Source: Syntrophales bacterium
Lineage (GTDB): Bacteria > Desulfobacterota > Syntrophia > Syntrophales > UBA8958
Reading direction: 5' to 3'
Length of the DNA stretch: 64,000 nucleotides
Assembly (NCBI GenBank): GCA_035358955.1
Contig: DAORXN010000001.1
Location: 130,403-194,402 of the forward strand
The stretch's first letter is position 1, and each line of letters starts with the position of its first letter. Shown here one piece after another: positions 17,599 through 26,594 of this stretch. The notes under the pieces are model-generated. The model searched no databases. It saw nothing but the letters and a program-made list of their open reading frames with translations, and had not been told where the DNA came from. The translations under genes were made by a program, and so were the position numbers.

Positions 17599-19155
17599 TT
17601 ACGCCTTTTCCTTCGCCGCATTCTGCCCAGCGATGCGACCGAAGACGATGCAGGTAGCCATGGCGACACCACCCAGACGTACGGCACCGTGGACGGCTCC
17701 CACGATTTCCCCGGCGGCATAGAGCCCAGGGATGGGTTTGAAATCAAATCCAATTACGCGGGCTTCCGTATCTGCATAGAGGCCCCCCATGCAGTAATGG
17801 ACTTTGGGCCACAGCCTCGCGGCGTAGAAAGGCGGGGTGGCGGTCGGTTGTGCATCGGGGAAGATCATGCAGCCTAAATCTTCGTCTTTCTTCTTCTCCA
17901 CGAAGCTGTTCCAACGTTCAATTTGCGCGAGGAAGTCTGCTTCCGGTATGCCGTAAAACTTGGCCAGTTCTTGCAGGGTATCGAATTTCTTGATGGCCCC
18001 CGATTGCAGCCCCTTCTCCAGGGCGTCGGGGAAGACCTGCTTCTTTACCGCATAGGAATCCCCCATAATGATAACCGGATGCCCTAAGAGGATGATGGCA
18101 TCCGCCCGTTCCTTCCGGTTGCCCGTTTCCTTGAAGAATCTCTTCCCCGTCTTGGGATCGATCATGGGGCCGTAGCCCACGAGGCGTTCACAGAACAGAG
18201 GCACGTATCCGAAGCCCTTTTCATCCGGGCTGGTCCAGGGACCCAGTTGGATCCAATCCAGGTGAACGGTCATGGCTCCGGCCTGCCCGGCAGCCAGCAG
18301 GGCTTCTCCTGTAGCCCCGGGCTGGTTCGTGGAATCGAATCTTTCATCGAGGCGGGGGTCATGGACGAGGCGGAGCCTAATATCCCTGGAAAACCCTCCC
18401 GCCGCCAAGACAACGGCGCGTTTTGCTCTTATGAAGGCCCTCTTCCCCGAAGATTCGTCCGGAAACTTGTAATCCCTCTTCACTTCTGCCCCGACGATGC
18501 GTCCGTTCTTGTCGGCGATTAAGCGCATGAGCTTGGTCTTGTTTTCCAGGCTAACCCCCAATTCCCGGGCTTTCTTCAGGAGCTTGTTCACGAGCTCCGA
18601 GCCGGAGGCGTTCACCGTCTGGTGAGAACGCTTGACGGAATGCCCACCGTGGTAGGTTAAGCGGGCAAAATTGGCCCCTATGTAATTCATACACCATTCG
18701 AGGGCCTCGTTTGATTTCTCCGCCACGAGCTTTGCCTTGTCCACGTGGTTCAAGTAGAGGCCCGCTTTTAGCATGTCTTTTAGCATAAGCTCCGGAGAAT
18801 CTTTGATTCCCGCCTCTTTCTGCATCTTGGTCCCGGCGGCGGAAAAGTCTCCCCCGTTGATGATAGAATTGCCCCCGAAAACGGGCATCTTCTCTATCAC
18901 GAGGGTTTTGGCCCCGGCGTTCTTCGCTTCGATAGCCGCGGCAAGTCCCGCGAAGCCACTCCCTATGATGAGCACATCCGTTGTGGTATCCCATTTCTTC
19001 GGAAGAGTTCCCGCCGCGGCTGCCGCCGGGGAAGGGAGGGCGAAGCCACCCAACGCCGTGCCTGCAATCAGCGCCGTAGAGCCCACGGATTTGACAAAAT
19101 CTCGCCGCGTCAGATTGCCCCAGACCTTTTTGTTTTCCTTTTCTTGCTCGCTCAT
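17599..19155 (-). CDS. Tat-exported FAD-dependent reductase (flavocytochrome c / fumarate reductase flavoprotein-like, no heme domain)
   Basis: Twin-arginine motif TRRDFVK, dinucleotide fold DVLIIGSGFAGLAAA, and FAD_binding_2-like C-terminus GLYAAGE. ATG 19155 has a GGAGG SD 6 nt upstream. Confidence 0.85.
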   Translation of the reverse strand: MSEQEKENKKVWGNLTRRDFVKSVGSTALIAGTALGGFALPSPAAAAAGTLPKKWDTTTDVLIIGSGFAGLAAAIEAKNAGAKTLVIEKMPVFGGNSIINGGDFSAAGTKMQKEAGIKDSPELMLKDMLKAGLYLNHVDKAKLVAEKSNEALEWCMNYIGANFARLTYHGGHSVKRSHQTVNASGSELVNKLLKKARELGVSLENKTKLMRLIADKNGRIVGAEVKRDYKFPDESSGKRAFIRAKRAVVLAAGGFSRDIRLRLVHDPRLDERFDSTNQPGATGEALLAAGQAGAMTVHLDWIQLGPWTSPDEKGFGYVPLFCERLVGYGPMIDPKTGKRFFKETGNRKERADAIILLGHPVIIMGDSYAVKKQVFPDALEKGLQSGAIKKFDTLQELAKFYGIPEADFLAQIERWNSFVEKKKDEDLGCMIFPDAQPTATPPFYAARLWPKVHYCMGGLYADTEARVIGFDFKPIPGLYAAGEIVGAVHGAVRLGGVAMATCIVFGRIAGQNAAKEKA

Positions 19156-19215
19156 AGGAAACCTCCTTCGATCGTTCTCGGATTTACCTTTACTACTTTT
19201 GTGGAATACCCTCAA

Positions 19216-19244
19216 TTGATATTTCTTCCCGGACGTGATAGATT
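19216..19244 (+). promoter_or_regulatory. sigma70-like promoter TTGATA-17 nt-TAGATT with TGn extension
   Basis: -35 at 19216-19221, a 17-nt spacer with TG at 19236-19237, and -10 at 19239-19244. The predicted +1 coincides with the A of the xth ATG (19251). Confidence 0.45.
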
Positions 19245-19250
19245 TTTTTT

Positions 19251-20054
19251 ATGGGCAAGGATGGAAGTTTCCAGATCGCAACGTTCAACGTCAATTCCCT
19301 GCGGAGCCGACTGCCTCTGGTGCTCGATTGGCTTGAAAAGCATCGCCCCCATGTTCTTTGCCTCCAGGAGACCAAGGTAGCCGATGATAAGTTCCCTTGG
19401 GATGCCTTTACCGAAGTGGGGTACCACGCTTTCTTTCGGGGCAGCAAACAGTATAATGGGGTGGCGACCCTTTCTTGGGCGCGACCGGATTACGTTTCTT
19501 TCGGCTTTGATGACGGGGGGCCCCGGGATGAGGATCGCCTCCTTATAACCCGCTTCGGTGATCTAACCGTGGTAAATACCTACGTGCCCCAGGGAAGGGA
19601 AATGGGCACGGAGCACTTTGTCTATAAACTCGAGTGGTTTCGCCGACTAAAGGCCCTTTTTTCTCAAAAATTCTCCCCTCACGAGAAGGTGATTTGGTGT
19701 GGGGACTTGAACGTAGCCCGCGAGTCCATAGATGTGCACGACCCCAAACGCCTCTTAGGGCATGTGGACTTTAACCCGGAGGTATGGCAAGCCTTCGACG
19801 AGGTTGTCTCCTTCGGGCTGGTGGATTTGTTCCGCCTGGCCCATCCGGGGGAAGAGGGCCAGTTTACCTTTTTCGATTATCGCGTGCCGAAAGCGGTGGA
19901 ACGGAAGATGGGATGGCGGGTAGACCATATTTTGGCGACCCGGGTACTTGCCACGCGCCTGAAAGATTGTTACATCGACCTGACCCCCAGACTGAAGGAA
20001 CGTCCCTCGGACCATACCGCGGTTGTGGCCGAGTTCGATGACATAGGATTATGA
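19251..20054 (+). CDS. xthA: exodeoxyribonuclease III
   Basis: FNVNSLRSR, CLQETK and C-terminal SDHTAV motifs of the EEP nuclease family. 267 aa. Confidence 0.93.
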   Translation: MGKDGSFQIATFNVNSLRSRLPLVLDWLEKHRPHVLCLQETKVADDKFPWDAFTEVGYHAFFRGSKQYNGVATLSWARPDYVSFGFDDGGPRDEDRLLITRFGDLTVVNTYVPQGREMGTEHFVYKLEWFRRLKALFSQKFSPHEKVIWCGDLNVARESIDVHDPKRLLGHVDFNPEVWQAFDEVVSFGLVDLFRLAHPGEEGQFTFFDYRVPKAVERKMGWRVDHILATRVLATRLKDCYIDLTPRLKERPSDHTAVVAEFDDIGL

Positions 20055-20560
20055 CCGATATTTTGAAGGCCAATGCGGAAATTGCCGCGCGCTTTGAAAT
20101 AGTGAAAGAGCGCGTTAGAACAAGCACAACCGTCCCCGAGCTCTTTAGCTCGTGGTATCGCAGTATGGGGGAGGTCTTTGGCATCCCTTTTCTTTGGGTC
20201 TCCCTCATGGAGGACGAGTTGGCCGAGCCGTTAAAAACAGCCCTCTTTTCTTTGGAGGAGTTTCAGTACCGATTGAATTTCATCAACCGCAAAACTTTCG
20301 AAGCCTTAACGGGTGGCTTGAGGGAGCCGATTTTGGTGAGCGGAGATATCCGCCCTTACTTCCCCCTTTTTCCCCGGCATAGGTACCTGTTGAGGTCTAT
20401 GGCCATCGCCCCCTTCACGCTGGGAGACGAAGTCGTGGGGAGCTTAAATCATGGCGATCCTTCTCCATTTCGCTATACGCCGGATATGGATACGACGCTG
20501 CTTTCCTCTCTAACCAGCGCCATCTCCTTTCGCCTGACGGAAATTATATCTTTTCCATGA
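20051..20560 (+). CDS. DUF484-like (GAF-fold) protein
   Basis: ATGA overlaps at both ends. The C-terminal segment SMAIAPFTLGDEVVGSLNHGDPSPFRYTPDMDTTLL resembles the conserved DUF484/YigA block. Confidence 0.55.
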   Translation: MTDILKANAEIAARFEIVKERVRTSTTVPELFSSWYRSMGEVFGIPFLWVSLMEDELAEPLKTALFSLEEFQYRLNFINRKTFEALTGGLREPILVSGDIRPYFPLFPRHRYLLRSMAIAPFTLGDEVVGSLNHGDPSPFRYTPDMDTTLLSSLTSAISFRLTEIISFP

Positions 20561-22575
20561 AACCTCCCCGCCGTCGCCGCTTTCATCTCCCGCCTGCCCT
20601 GATGGAGCCTTCGATCGACGGTTCCCTGAAGAAGGTCTTTAATCTCATCGGCCGGCCGAAGGAGAGGCCTTTTCAACCGGACCCTTTTCAGCTCGAAGCC
20701 CTCGAGGCGATACGAGAAGGCGACTGCCTCGTTACGGCCCCCACCGGCTCGGGCAAGACGTGGATTGCCCGGGAGGCCATCAAGGGCGTACTGGATAGCG
20801 GCGGTCGGGCCTGGTATGCCACACCCTTGAAAGCCCTTAGCAATTCCAAATGGATAGAATTCGGGGCCTATTTCGGGGGACAAAACGTGGGCATCCTCAC
20901 GGGGGATACGAAGGAAAACCCCGAGGCCCCGATTATTGTGGGCACGACGGAGATACTGCGTAACCAGATGTACGATGCCATGCACGAAGGGACGGATTTT
21001 CCCTGCAATCTCGTTGTGCTGGACGAAGCCCATTATTTGGGGGACCCGGAGAGAGGGGTCGTGTGGGAAGAGGTGATGATTTATCTCCCGGCTCGTGTCC
21101 ACCTCCTTTTGCTTTCGGCCACGATCGGTAATGCAGAGGAAATTGCGGCGTGGCTTTCCGAACTTCGAGACAAACCCTGCCGGGTGGTGAGAGAGGAAAG
21201 ACGGCCAGTGCCTCTTTTCCCGCTTTTCCTTAACCCAACGGGCCGGATATTGCCCTTCATGGTGAAAAAAAAGTTAAACCCGCAAATAAGAGATTTTGAG
21301 CTGGAAGGCCGCAGGATACACGTAAGCCCTCCGTTTGGAGAAATCCTCAAGGTAATGAGGGCACTTGACCTTCTTCCCGCCATCTTCTTCCTTAAATCGC
21401 GTGCCGATTGTGACGCCGCCCTGAAATCGTGTCGGCGCTTTGATACGGAGAGGAAGGACGAAGGGGAGTTTCGGCGTTTTTTGGGGGAGATGCTGGAAAA
21501 ATTCCCCTTCCTTTCGAATCACCGCCAACTTTACTATTTGGAGCACTGCCGCGTGGCCTCCCACCATGGGGGTCAACTGCCGGCTTGGAAGTTTCTCGTC
21601 GAAACAATGATGAACAGGGGTTTCTTGGAGGCCATCTTTGCCACTACGACCGTGGCCGCAGGTGTCAACTATCCTGCGAGAACTATCGTCATGCTCAACT
21701 CGGATATTTTCAACGGTCACGACTTCGCCCCTCTCAGAGGAACGGAGTTTCACCAGATGACGGGCCGGGCCGGCCGCCGGGGACAGGATAACATCGGTTT
21801 CCTCATGATCATCCCCGGTCGCTTTATGGATTTTCGCCATATCGAGGGGCTTCTCGAAAGCGGCCCGGAAAGCGTGGAGAGTCAAATAAAGGCGGATTTC
21901 TCCATGGTTTTGAATCTCCTTTTATCCCAGAGCCCGGAAGGAATCAGACAGATTGTGGAGCAGTCTTTCGCCGTTTTCCAGAGAAGGCATCGGAAGAAAA
22001 GGGGCGCCCAGTCGCTCTGGAAGGATTTTGAGCGCCACATCGCATTTCTGAAGGAAGAGGGCTTTGTGGATGAGGAAGACCGACTTACGTTTGACGGCCG
22101 CTGGGCTTCGCAGTTAAGATTGGACCAGCCCTTGCTCATCGCGGAATGTCTGCGCAAAGGGGCCCTTCCTGAAAACGCTGCCTTACTTGCCGCCATGGTG
22201 TCCGTCTTTGCTTATGACGGTGATCAAGAGCTGCGCACTCGTGGGTTTCGCCACCCTCCGGCAAAGCTCCTTAAAGCTTTTCGAAAGGTTCTTTCCGCCG
22301 TGAAACCTCTGCAGAAGAAACTCGAAGAAAAGGGTTTCGCAGTAAGGCCCATATGCTTCTGGCCGGCCCAGGTTATTTACGACTGGGCCCGCGGGTGGGA
22401 TTGGGATGACCTCGTCAAGGGCACCGGCATATCGGATGGAGAGCTCGCCATGCTGGTACTGCGAACGGCGGATAACCTGAGACAGATTAGGTCTTTGAGT
22501 GCTACCCACGAAGAGATAGCTGCCATAGCCCAGGAGGCCATCGAGCTGATATTGCGCGAACCCGTCGTCTATTAA
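20557..22575 (+). CDS. Ski2/HelY-like DEAD/DEAH-box helicase with DSHCT-like C-terminal domain
   Basis: Motif I APTGSGKT, motif II LDEAH, SAT, and motif VI MTGRAGRRG. C-terminal region resembles the Ski2/Dob1 DSHCT domain. Confidence 0.88.
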   Translation: MKPPRRRRFHLPPALMEPSIDGSLKKVFNLIGRPKERPFQPDPFQLEALEAIREGDCLVTAPTGSGKTWIAREAIKGVLDSGGRAWYATPLKALSNSKWIEFGAYFGGQNVGILTGDTKENPEAPIIVGTTEILRNQMYDAMHEGTDFPCNLVVLDEAHYLGDPERGVVWEEVMIYLPARVHLLLLSATIGNAEEIAAWLSELRDKPCRVVREERRPVPLFPLFLNPTGRILPFMVKKKLNPQIRDFELEGRRIHVSPPFGEILKVMRALDLLPAIFFLKSRADCDAALKSCRRFDTERKDEGEFRRFLGEMLEKFPFLSNHRQLYYLEHCRVASHHGGQLPAWKFLVETMMNRGFLEAIFATTTVAAGVNYPARTIVMLNSDIFNGHDFAPLRGTEFHQMTGRAGRRGQDNIGFLMIIPGRFMDFRHIEGLLESGPESVESQIKADFSMVLNLLLSQSPEGIRQIVEQSFAVFQRRHRKKRGAQSLWKDFERHIAFLKEEGFVDEEDRLTFDGRWASQLRLDQPLLIAECLRKGALPENAALLAAMVSVFAYDGDQELRTRGFRHPPAKLLKAFRKVLSAVKPLQKKLEEKGFAVRPICFWPAQVIYDWARGWDWDDLVKGTGISDGELAMLVLRTADNLRQIRSLSATHEEIAAIAQEAIELILREPVVY

Positions 22576-22583
22576 GTTTTCCC

Positions 22584-22613
22584 TTGACAGTGGAGCACAT
22601 ATCGCATTATACA
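22584..22613 (+). promoter_or_regulatory. sigma70-like promoter TTGACA-18 nt-TATACA for tRNA-Glu
   Basis: Perfect -35 at 22584-22589 and -10 at 22608-22613, about 17 nt before the mature tRNA 5' end. Confidence 0.5.
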
Positions 22614-22629
22614 TCAGAGACTTTTTTAA

Positions 22630-22705
22630 GTCCCCATCGTCTAGTGGCCAAGGACACAGGCCTTTCACGCCTGTAACCGGGGTTCGACTCCCCGTGGGGA
22701 CGCCA
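22630..22705 (+). tRNA. tRNA-Glu (anticodon UUC), CCA encoded
   Basis: 76 nt. Acceptor GTCCCCA/TGGGGAC, anticodon loop CUUUCAC, T-loop GGTTCGA. Near-identical architecture to E. coli tRNA-Glu. Confidence 0.95.
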
Positions 22706-22723
22706 CTTTTAGCCTTCATTTCC

Positions 22724-22750
22724 GGGGAGACGTGTTCTCCCCTTTATTGT
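22724..22750 (+). terminator. intrinsic terminator after tRNA-Glu
   Basis: GGGGAGA-CGTGT-TCTCCCC followed by TTTATTGTTT. Confidence 0.7.
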
Positions 22751-22757
22751 TTGCCCT

Positions 22758-25565
22758 TCACAGATATTCTTTCAAAAAACGGCCCGTATGAGATTCCGGC
22801 ACACGACAGATCTCCTCCGGTGTACCGGTAGCTACGATTCTCCCCCCTTTAGGGCCCCCTTCGGGTCCGAGATCAATGACGTAGTCGGCGCATTTTATAA
22901 CTTCGAGGTTGTGCTCGATGACGACGACCGTGTTGCCCATATTTACCAGCCGGTCGAGGATGTCGAGGAGCTTTTGGACATCTGCGAAATGAAGCCCAAT
23001 GGTAGGCTCATCTAAAATGTAGAGGGTATTGCTGTTGGTTTTTTTCCCCAACTCCCGTGCCAGTTTGATACGCTGAGCTTCGCCCCCGGAGAGGGTGGTG
23101 GCCGATTGCCCTAACCTGATGTAGCCGAGGCCGCAATCACGCAAGAGTTCCAGTTTTTGGCGGATGGCGGGGATGTGGGCAAAAAATGCGAGGGCTTGAG
23201 TGACCGTCAGGTTGAGCACGTCGTCGATGTTTTTATCTTTGTATCTGATTTCGAGCGTGTCGGGGTTGAAACGTTTCCCCCGGCACGCCTCGCATGTCAC
23301 GTAAACGTCGGGGAGAAAGTGCATCTCGATGCGGATAAGGCCGTTGCCTTCACAGGCCTCACACCGCCCTCCTTTGACGTTGAAGCTGAAACGCCCCGGT
23401 CTGTAACCCCTCATCCGTGCCTCCGGCAGTTGGGCAAAGAGATCACGGATGTGGTTGAAGACCCCGGTGTAGGTGGCGGGATTGGAGCGAGGGGTGCGGC
23501 CGATGGGTTGTTGATTGATGAGGATCACGCGCTCGATTCCCCCCAAGTCTACAATGCGTTTGATCTTCCCTATGGGTCCCCTTTGGCGGTTGATTTTTCT
23601 CGCCAGGGCGCGGTGGAGGGTCTCAATCACCATCGTGCTTTTCCCGGAACCGGAGACTCCGGTTACGACCGTAAACAGTCCCACCGGAATGCGGATATCT
23701 ATGTTTTGCAGGTTGTGTTCGTACGCCCCTTCAATGACGATGAATCGTTCCGACGGTTTTCGCCTCCTCTTGGGGAGCTCTATTTTTCGCTGGCCGGATA
23801 AGTATTGCCCTGTTAGGGACCTTGCGCAACGGACGATTTCTTCAGGCGAGCCCTGAAATACGATTTCTCCCCCTTCTTCTCCGGCCCCCGGCCCCATGTC
23901 CACAATATGGTCTGATGCCCGCATGACATCGGCATCGTGTTCGACTATGATTACCGTATTTCCCAGATCGCGCAGTTGCTTCAGCGTGCCGATGAGCCTT
24001 TCCGTGTCTCGCTGATGCAGACCGACGGTGGGCTCATCGAGGATATAAAGGACGCCCATGAGCCCTGAACCGATTTGCGTCGCCAGGCGGATACGCTGAT
24101 TTTCCCCCCCGGAGAGGCTGCTGGCGGTCCGGTCCAGGCTCAGGTAGTCCATGCCCACGTCGATGAGAAACTTCAGGCGGTCCATGATCTCCTTTCTCAC
24201 CCTTTCGGAGATGGCCTGTTCCTGAGGGGTAAGGTTAAGACGGCGGAAGAATTCGTAGGCTTCCCCAATGGAGAGACGGCAGACTTCGTAGATGTTTAAA
24301 CCGCCCACCCGAACGGCGAGGCTCTCCTTCTTTAGCCGGGAGCCGTTACAGGTAGGGCAATGGCGCAGGTTGATGTAGCGGCTAAGCTCTATTTTGAGGG
24401 CGAAGGACTGGCTTTCCCTCCAGCGCCTTTCCAATTGCTTTATTACCCCTTCGAAGGGCCGGTGGTAGAAGACGCGTCGCCCGTCACGATCGGCGAAGAA
24501 TCTTATCGCCTCCTCCCCCGATCCGTAGAGGAGCACCTGCTGGACATGAGGGGGGAGTTGATTGAAGGGGGTGTTCAAGTCGAACTGAAAATGGTCGGCC
24601 AAGGCCTGGAGCATCTGGTGGTACTGGACGGTATCCCGCCCTTCCCAGGGGGCAATGGCGCCTTCGCGGAGGGAGAGGGAAGGATCGGGAATGACGAGAT
24701 TTTCATCGAAAAACATCTTGCTTCCGAGGCCATTGCATTCGGGACAGGCCCCGTAAGGGCTGTTGAAAGAGAAGATTCGGGGGGCGAGCTCCGGCAGGCT
24801 TACGCCGCAGATGGGGCAGGCGTAACGCTCACTGAAAAGGATTTCTTCCCCCTCGAGTACCTGGACGATGACCAGGCCGTCGCTTAGTCTCGAGGCCGTT
24901 TCTATGGAGTCCCGAAGGCGCGGGCGGATACCTTCCTTCACTATCAGTCGATCGACCACCACCTCGAGGTCGTGCTTCTTATTTTTGTCCAGGGTGATTT
25001 CCTCCGAGAGATCCCGCATTTGGCCGTCTAGGCGAACCCTGACGAACCCTTCTTTCAAGAGTTTTTTGAATTCCTTATGAAACTCCCCTTTCTTGCCTCG
25101 GACGATGGGCGATAGAATATGGATGCGACTGCCGGCCGGCAGGGCCAACACGCTTTCCACCATGGTATCTATGGTCTGGGACTTGATGACTCTGCCACAG
25201 GCGGGGCAATGGGGAACCCCGATGCGGGCAAAGAGGAGTCGCAAATAGTCGTAGATCTCCGTGACGGTGCCCACCGTCGAACGGGGGTTATGGCCCGAGG
25301 TACGCTGTTCGATGGCGATCGCCGGGGAGAGTCCCTCAATAGATTCTACGTCCGGTTTATCCATCTGGCCGATGAATTGTCGGGCGTAGGTGGAAAGGGA
25401 TTCCACGTATCGCCTTTGCCCCTCGGCATAGATGGTGTCGAAGGCGAGGGAAGATTTTCCCGAGCCGCTTACCCCGGTAATGACAATGAGCTTGTCACGG
25501 GGCAGATCGAGGCTGATGTGTTTCAGGTTGTGCTGGTAAGCACCTTTTATCCGAATGTACTTCAT
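22758..25565 (-). CDS. uvrA: excinuclease ABC subunit A
   Basis: 935 aa with two ABC modules (GVSGSGKSS / [14 protein letters not shown] signatures) and zinc-finger CxxC clusters. Confidence 0.97.
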   Translation of the reverse strand: MKYIRIKGAYQHNLKHISLDLPRDKLIVITGVSGSGKSSLAFDTIYAEGQRRYVESLSTYARQFIGQMDKPDVESIEGLSPAIAIEQRTSGHNPRSTVGTVTEIYDYLRLLFARIGVPHCPACGRVIKSQTIDTMVESVLALPAGSRIHILSPIVRGKKGEFHKEFKKLLKEGFVRVRLDGQMRDLSEEITLDKNKKHDLEVVVDRLIVKEGIRPRLRDSIETASRLSDGLVIVQVLEGEEILFSERYACPICGVSLPELAPRIFSFNSPYGACPECNGLGSKMFFDENLVIPDPSLSLREGAIAPWEGRDTVQYHQMLQALADHFQFDLNTPFNQLPPHVQQVLLYGSGEEAIRFFADRDGRRVFYHRPFEGVIKQLERRWRESQSFALKIELSRYINLRHCPTCNGSRLKKESLAVRVGGLNIYEVCRLSIGEAYEFFRRLNLTPQEQAISERVRKEIMDRLKFLIDVGMDYLSLDRTASSLSGGENQRIRLATQIGSGLMGVLYILDEPTVGLHQRDTERLIGTLKQLRDLGNTVIIVEHDADVMRASDHIVDMGPGAGEEGGEIVFQGSPEEIVRCARSLTGQYLSGQRKIELPKRRRKPSERFIVIEGAYEHNLQNIDIRIPVGLFTVVTGVSGSGKSTMVIETLHRALARKINRQRGPIGKIKRIVDLGGIERVILINQQPIGRTPRSNPATYTGVFNHIRDLFAQLPEARMRGYRPGRFSFNVKGGRCEACEGNGLIRIEMHFLPDVYVTCEACRGKRFNPDTLEIRYKDKNIDDVLNLTVTQALAFFAHIPAIRQKLELLRDCGLGYIRLGQSATTLSGGEAQRIKLARELGKKTNSNTLYILDEPTIGLHFADVQKLLDILDRLVNMGNTVVVIEHNLEVIKCADYVIDLGPEGGPKGGRIVATGTPEEICRVPESHTGRFLKEYL

Positions 25566-25569
25566 GCGT

Positions 25570-26538
25570 TTATGGGAAGCGGATTTCGATGAGGGACATT
25601 TTTCGGTACGACTCTATCCACTGGTCGAACCGCTCGACCATTTTCGCTTCTTCTAATTTTTGGATGATTTCCCAGCGTACCTCCGATAAGGGTTTTACCC
25701 CCGCTCCCTTTTTCCCCACCACCAGAATGATGTGAAAGCCGGCTGGTGATTTTATCACCGGGCTCACCTGCCCGACGGGTAGCTTGAATGCCACCTCTTC
25801 TACTTCGGCATGCATGCTTCCCCGTTCGATGAAGCCCAAATCTCCCCCCGCCTGGGCCGCCAGCCCCTGAGAGAGTTGTTCGGCCAGAGCTTCAAACGGC
25901 TCTCCCTTCTCGATTCTCTCCCGGATGCCTTCGGCCGTCTTTCTTAAGACCTCGATTTTTTCCTCGCTCATGCCGGGGAGGATGGGGAGCAGAATCTGTT
26001 TCAGATGGACGGCCTCTTTTCCTTCGTAATCTTCCCGGTGTTTTTTGTAGTACTCCCCGATCTCTTCCTCGCTTATGACTATTTTGGTCTGGATTTCCCG
26101 GCGGATGAGGCGATTCCTGAGCATGTCTTCCCGCAATTCTTCCTTGTATCGCTCTAAATTCGTGCCTGCCTCTTCCAGGGATTTGGTGAAGTCGGCCAGG
26201 GTCACCTTCTTTTTTTCCAGCAATCGGGAAATGTACCCCATTACCTCGTCGTCTCTAACAACGATGCCTTTCTTCTTGGCCTGTTGCTCGATGAGCTTGT
26301 TGTTGATGAGGCGGTTTAAGAGGAACTTCATCGCCTCCTCGATGGCCCGTCCCCTTTCCGCTTCCGGTGTAGTGCGCTCGATATGTGCGCGATAAGGGGC
26401 AAAGGCTTCCTTCAACTCGGAAAGGGTTATGATATCCTCGTTCACGATGGCCACGATGCGGTCCACAACTACCGCTGGCGAGCATGTAGGGTAAATTAAA
26501 GTTACCGTCAAGATTATGGGTACCATCCATTTCTTCAT
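25570..26538 (-). CDS. periplasmic parvulin-type peptidyl-prolyl isomerase (SurA-like chaperone)
   Basis: Signal peptide from MKKWMVPIILTV, SurA-like N-terminal domain and C-terminal PpiC domain (GGDLGF...SPAGFHII). ATG 26538 has an AAGGGAG SD; the TTG 26598 alternative overlaps the mfd stop. Confidence 0.85.
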   Translation of the reverse strand: MKKWMVPIILTVTLIYPTCSPAVVVDRIVAIVNEDIITLSELKEAFAPYRAHIERTTPEAERGRAIEEAMKFLLNRLINNKLIEQQAKKKGIVVRDDEVMGYISRLLEKKKVTLADFTKSLEEAGTNLERYKEELREDMLRNRLIRREIQTKIVISEEEIGEYYKKHREDYEGKEAVHLKQILLPILPGMSEEKIEVLRKTAEGIRERIEKGEPFEALAEQLSQGLAAQAGGDLGFIERGSMHAEVEEVAFKLPVGQVSPVIKSPAGFHIILVVGKKGAGVKPLSEVRWEIIQKLEEAKMVERFDQWIESYRKMSLIEIRFP

Positions 26539-26594
26539 TGGCCGCTCCCTTCCCTTTTCGATGCCGCATACGTTATCAATAATATCCGTTCCCT

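Noticed and set aside
22183-22719. 178-aa minus-strand ORF spanning the helicase 3' end and the tRNA-Glu gene.
   Set aside because: It overlaps a canonical tRNA and its promoter and terminator, which makes it implausible as a coding sequence.
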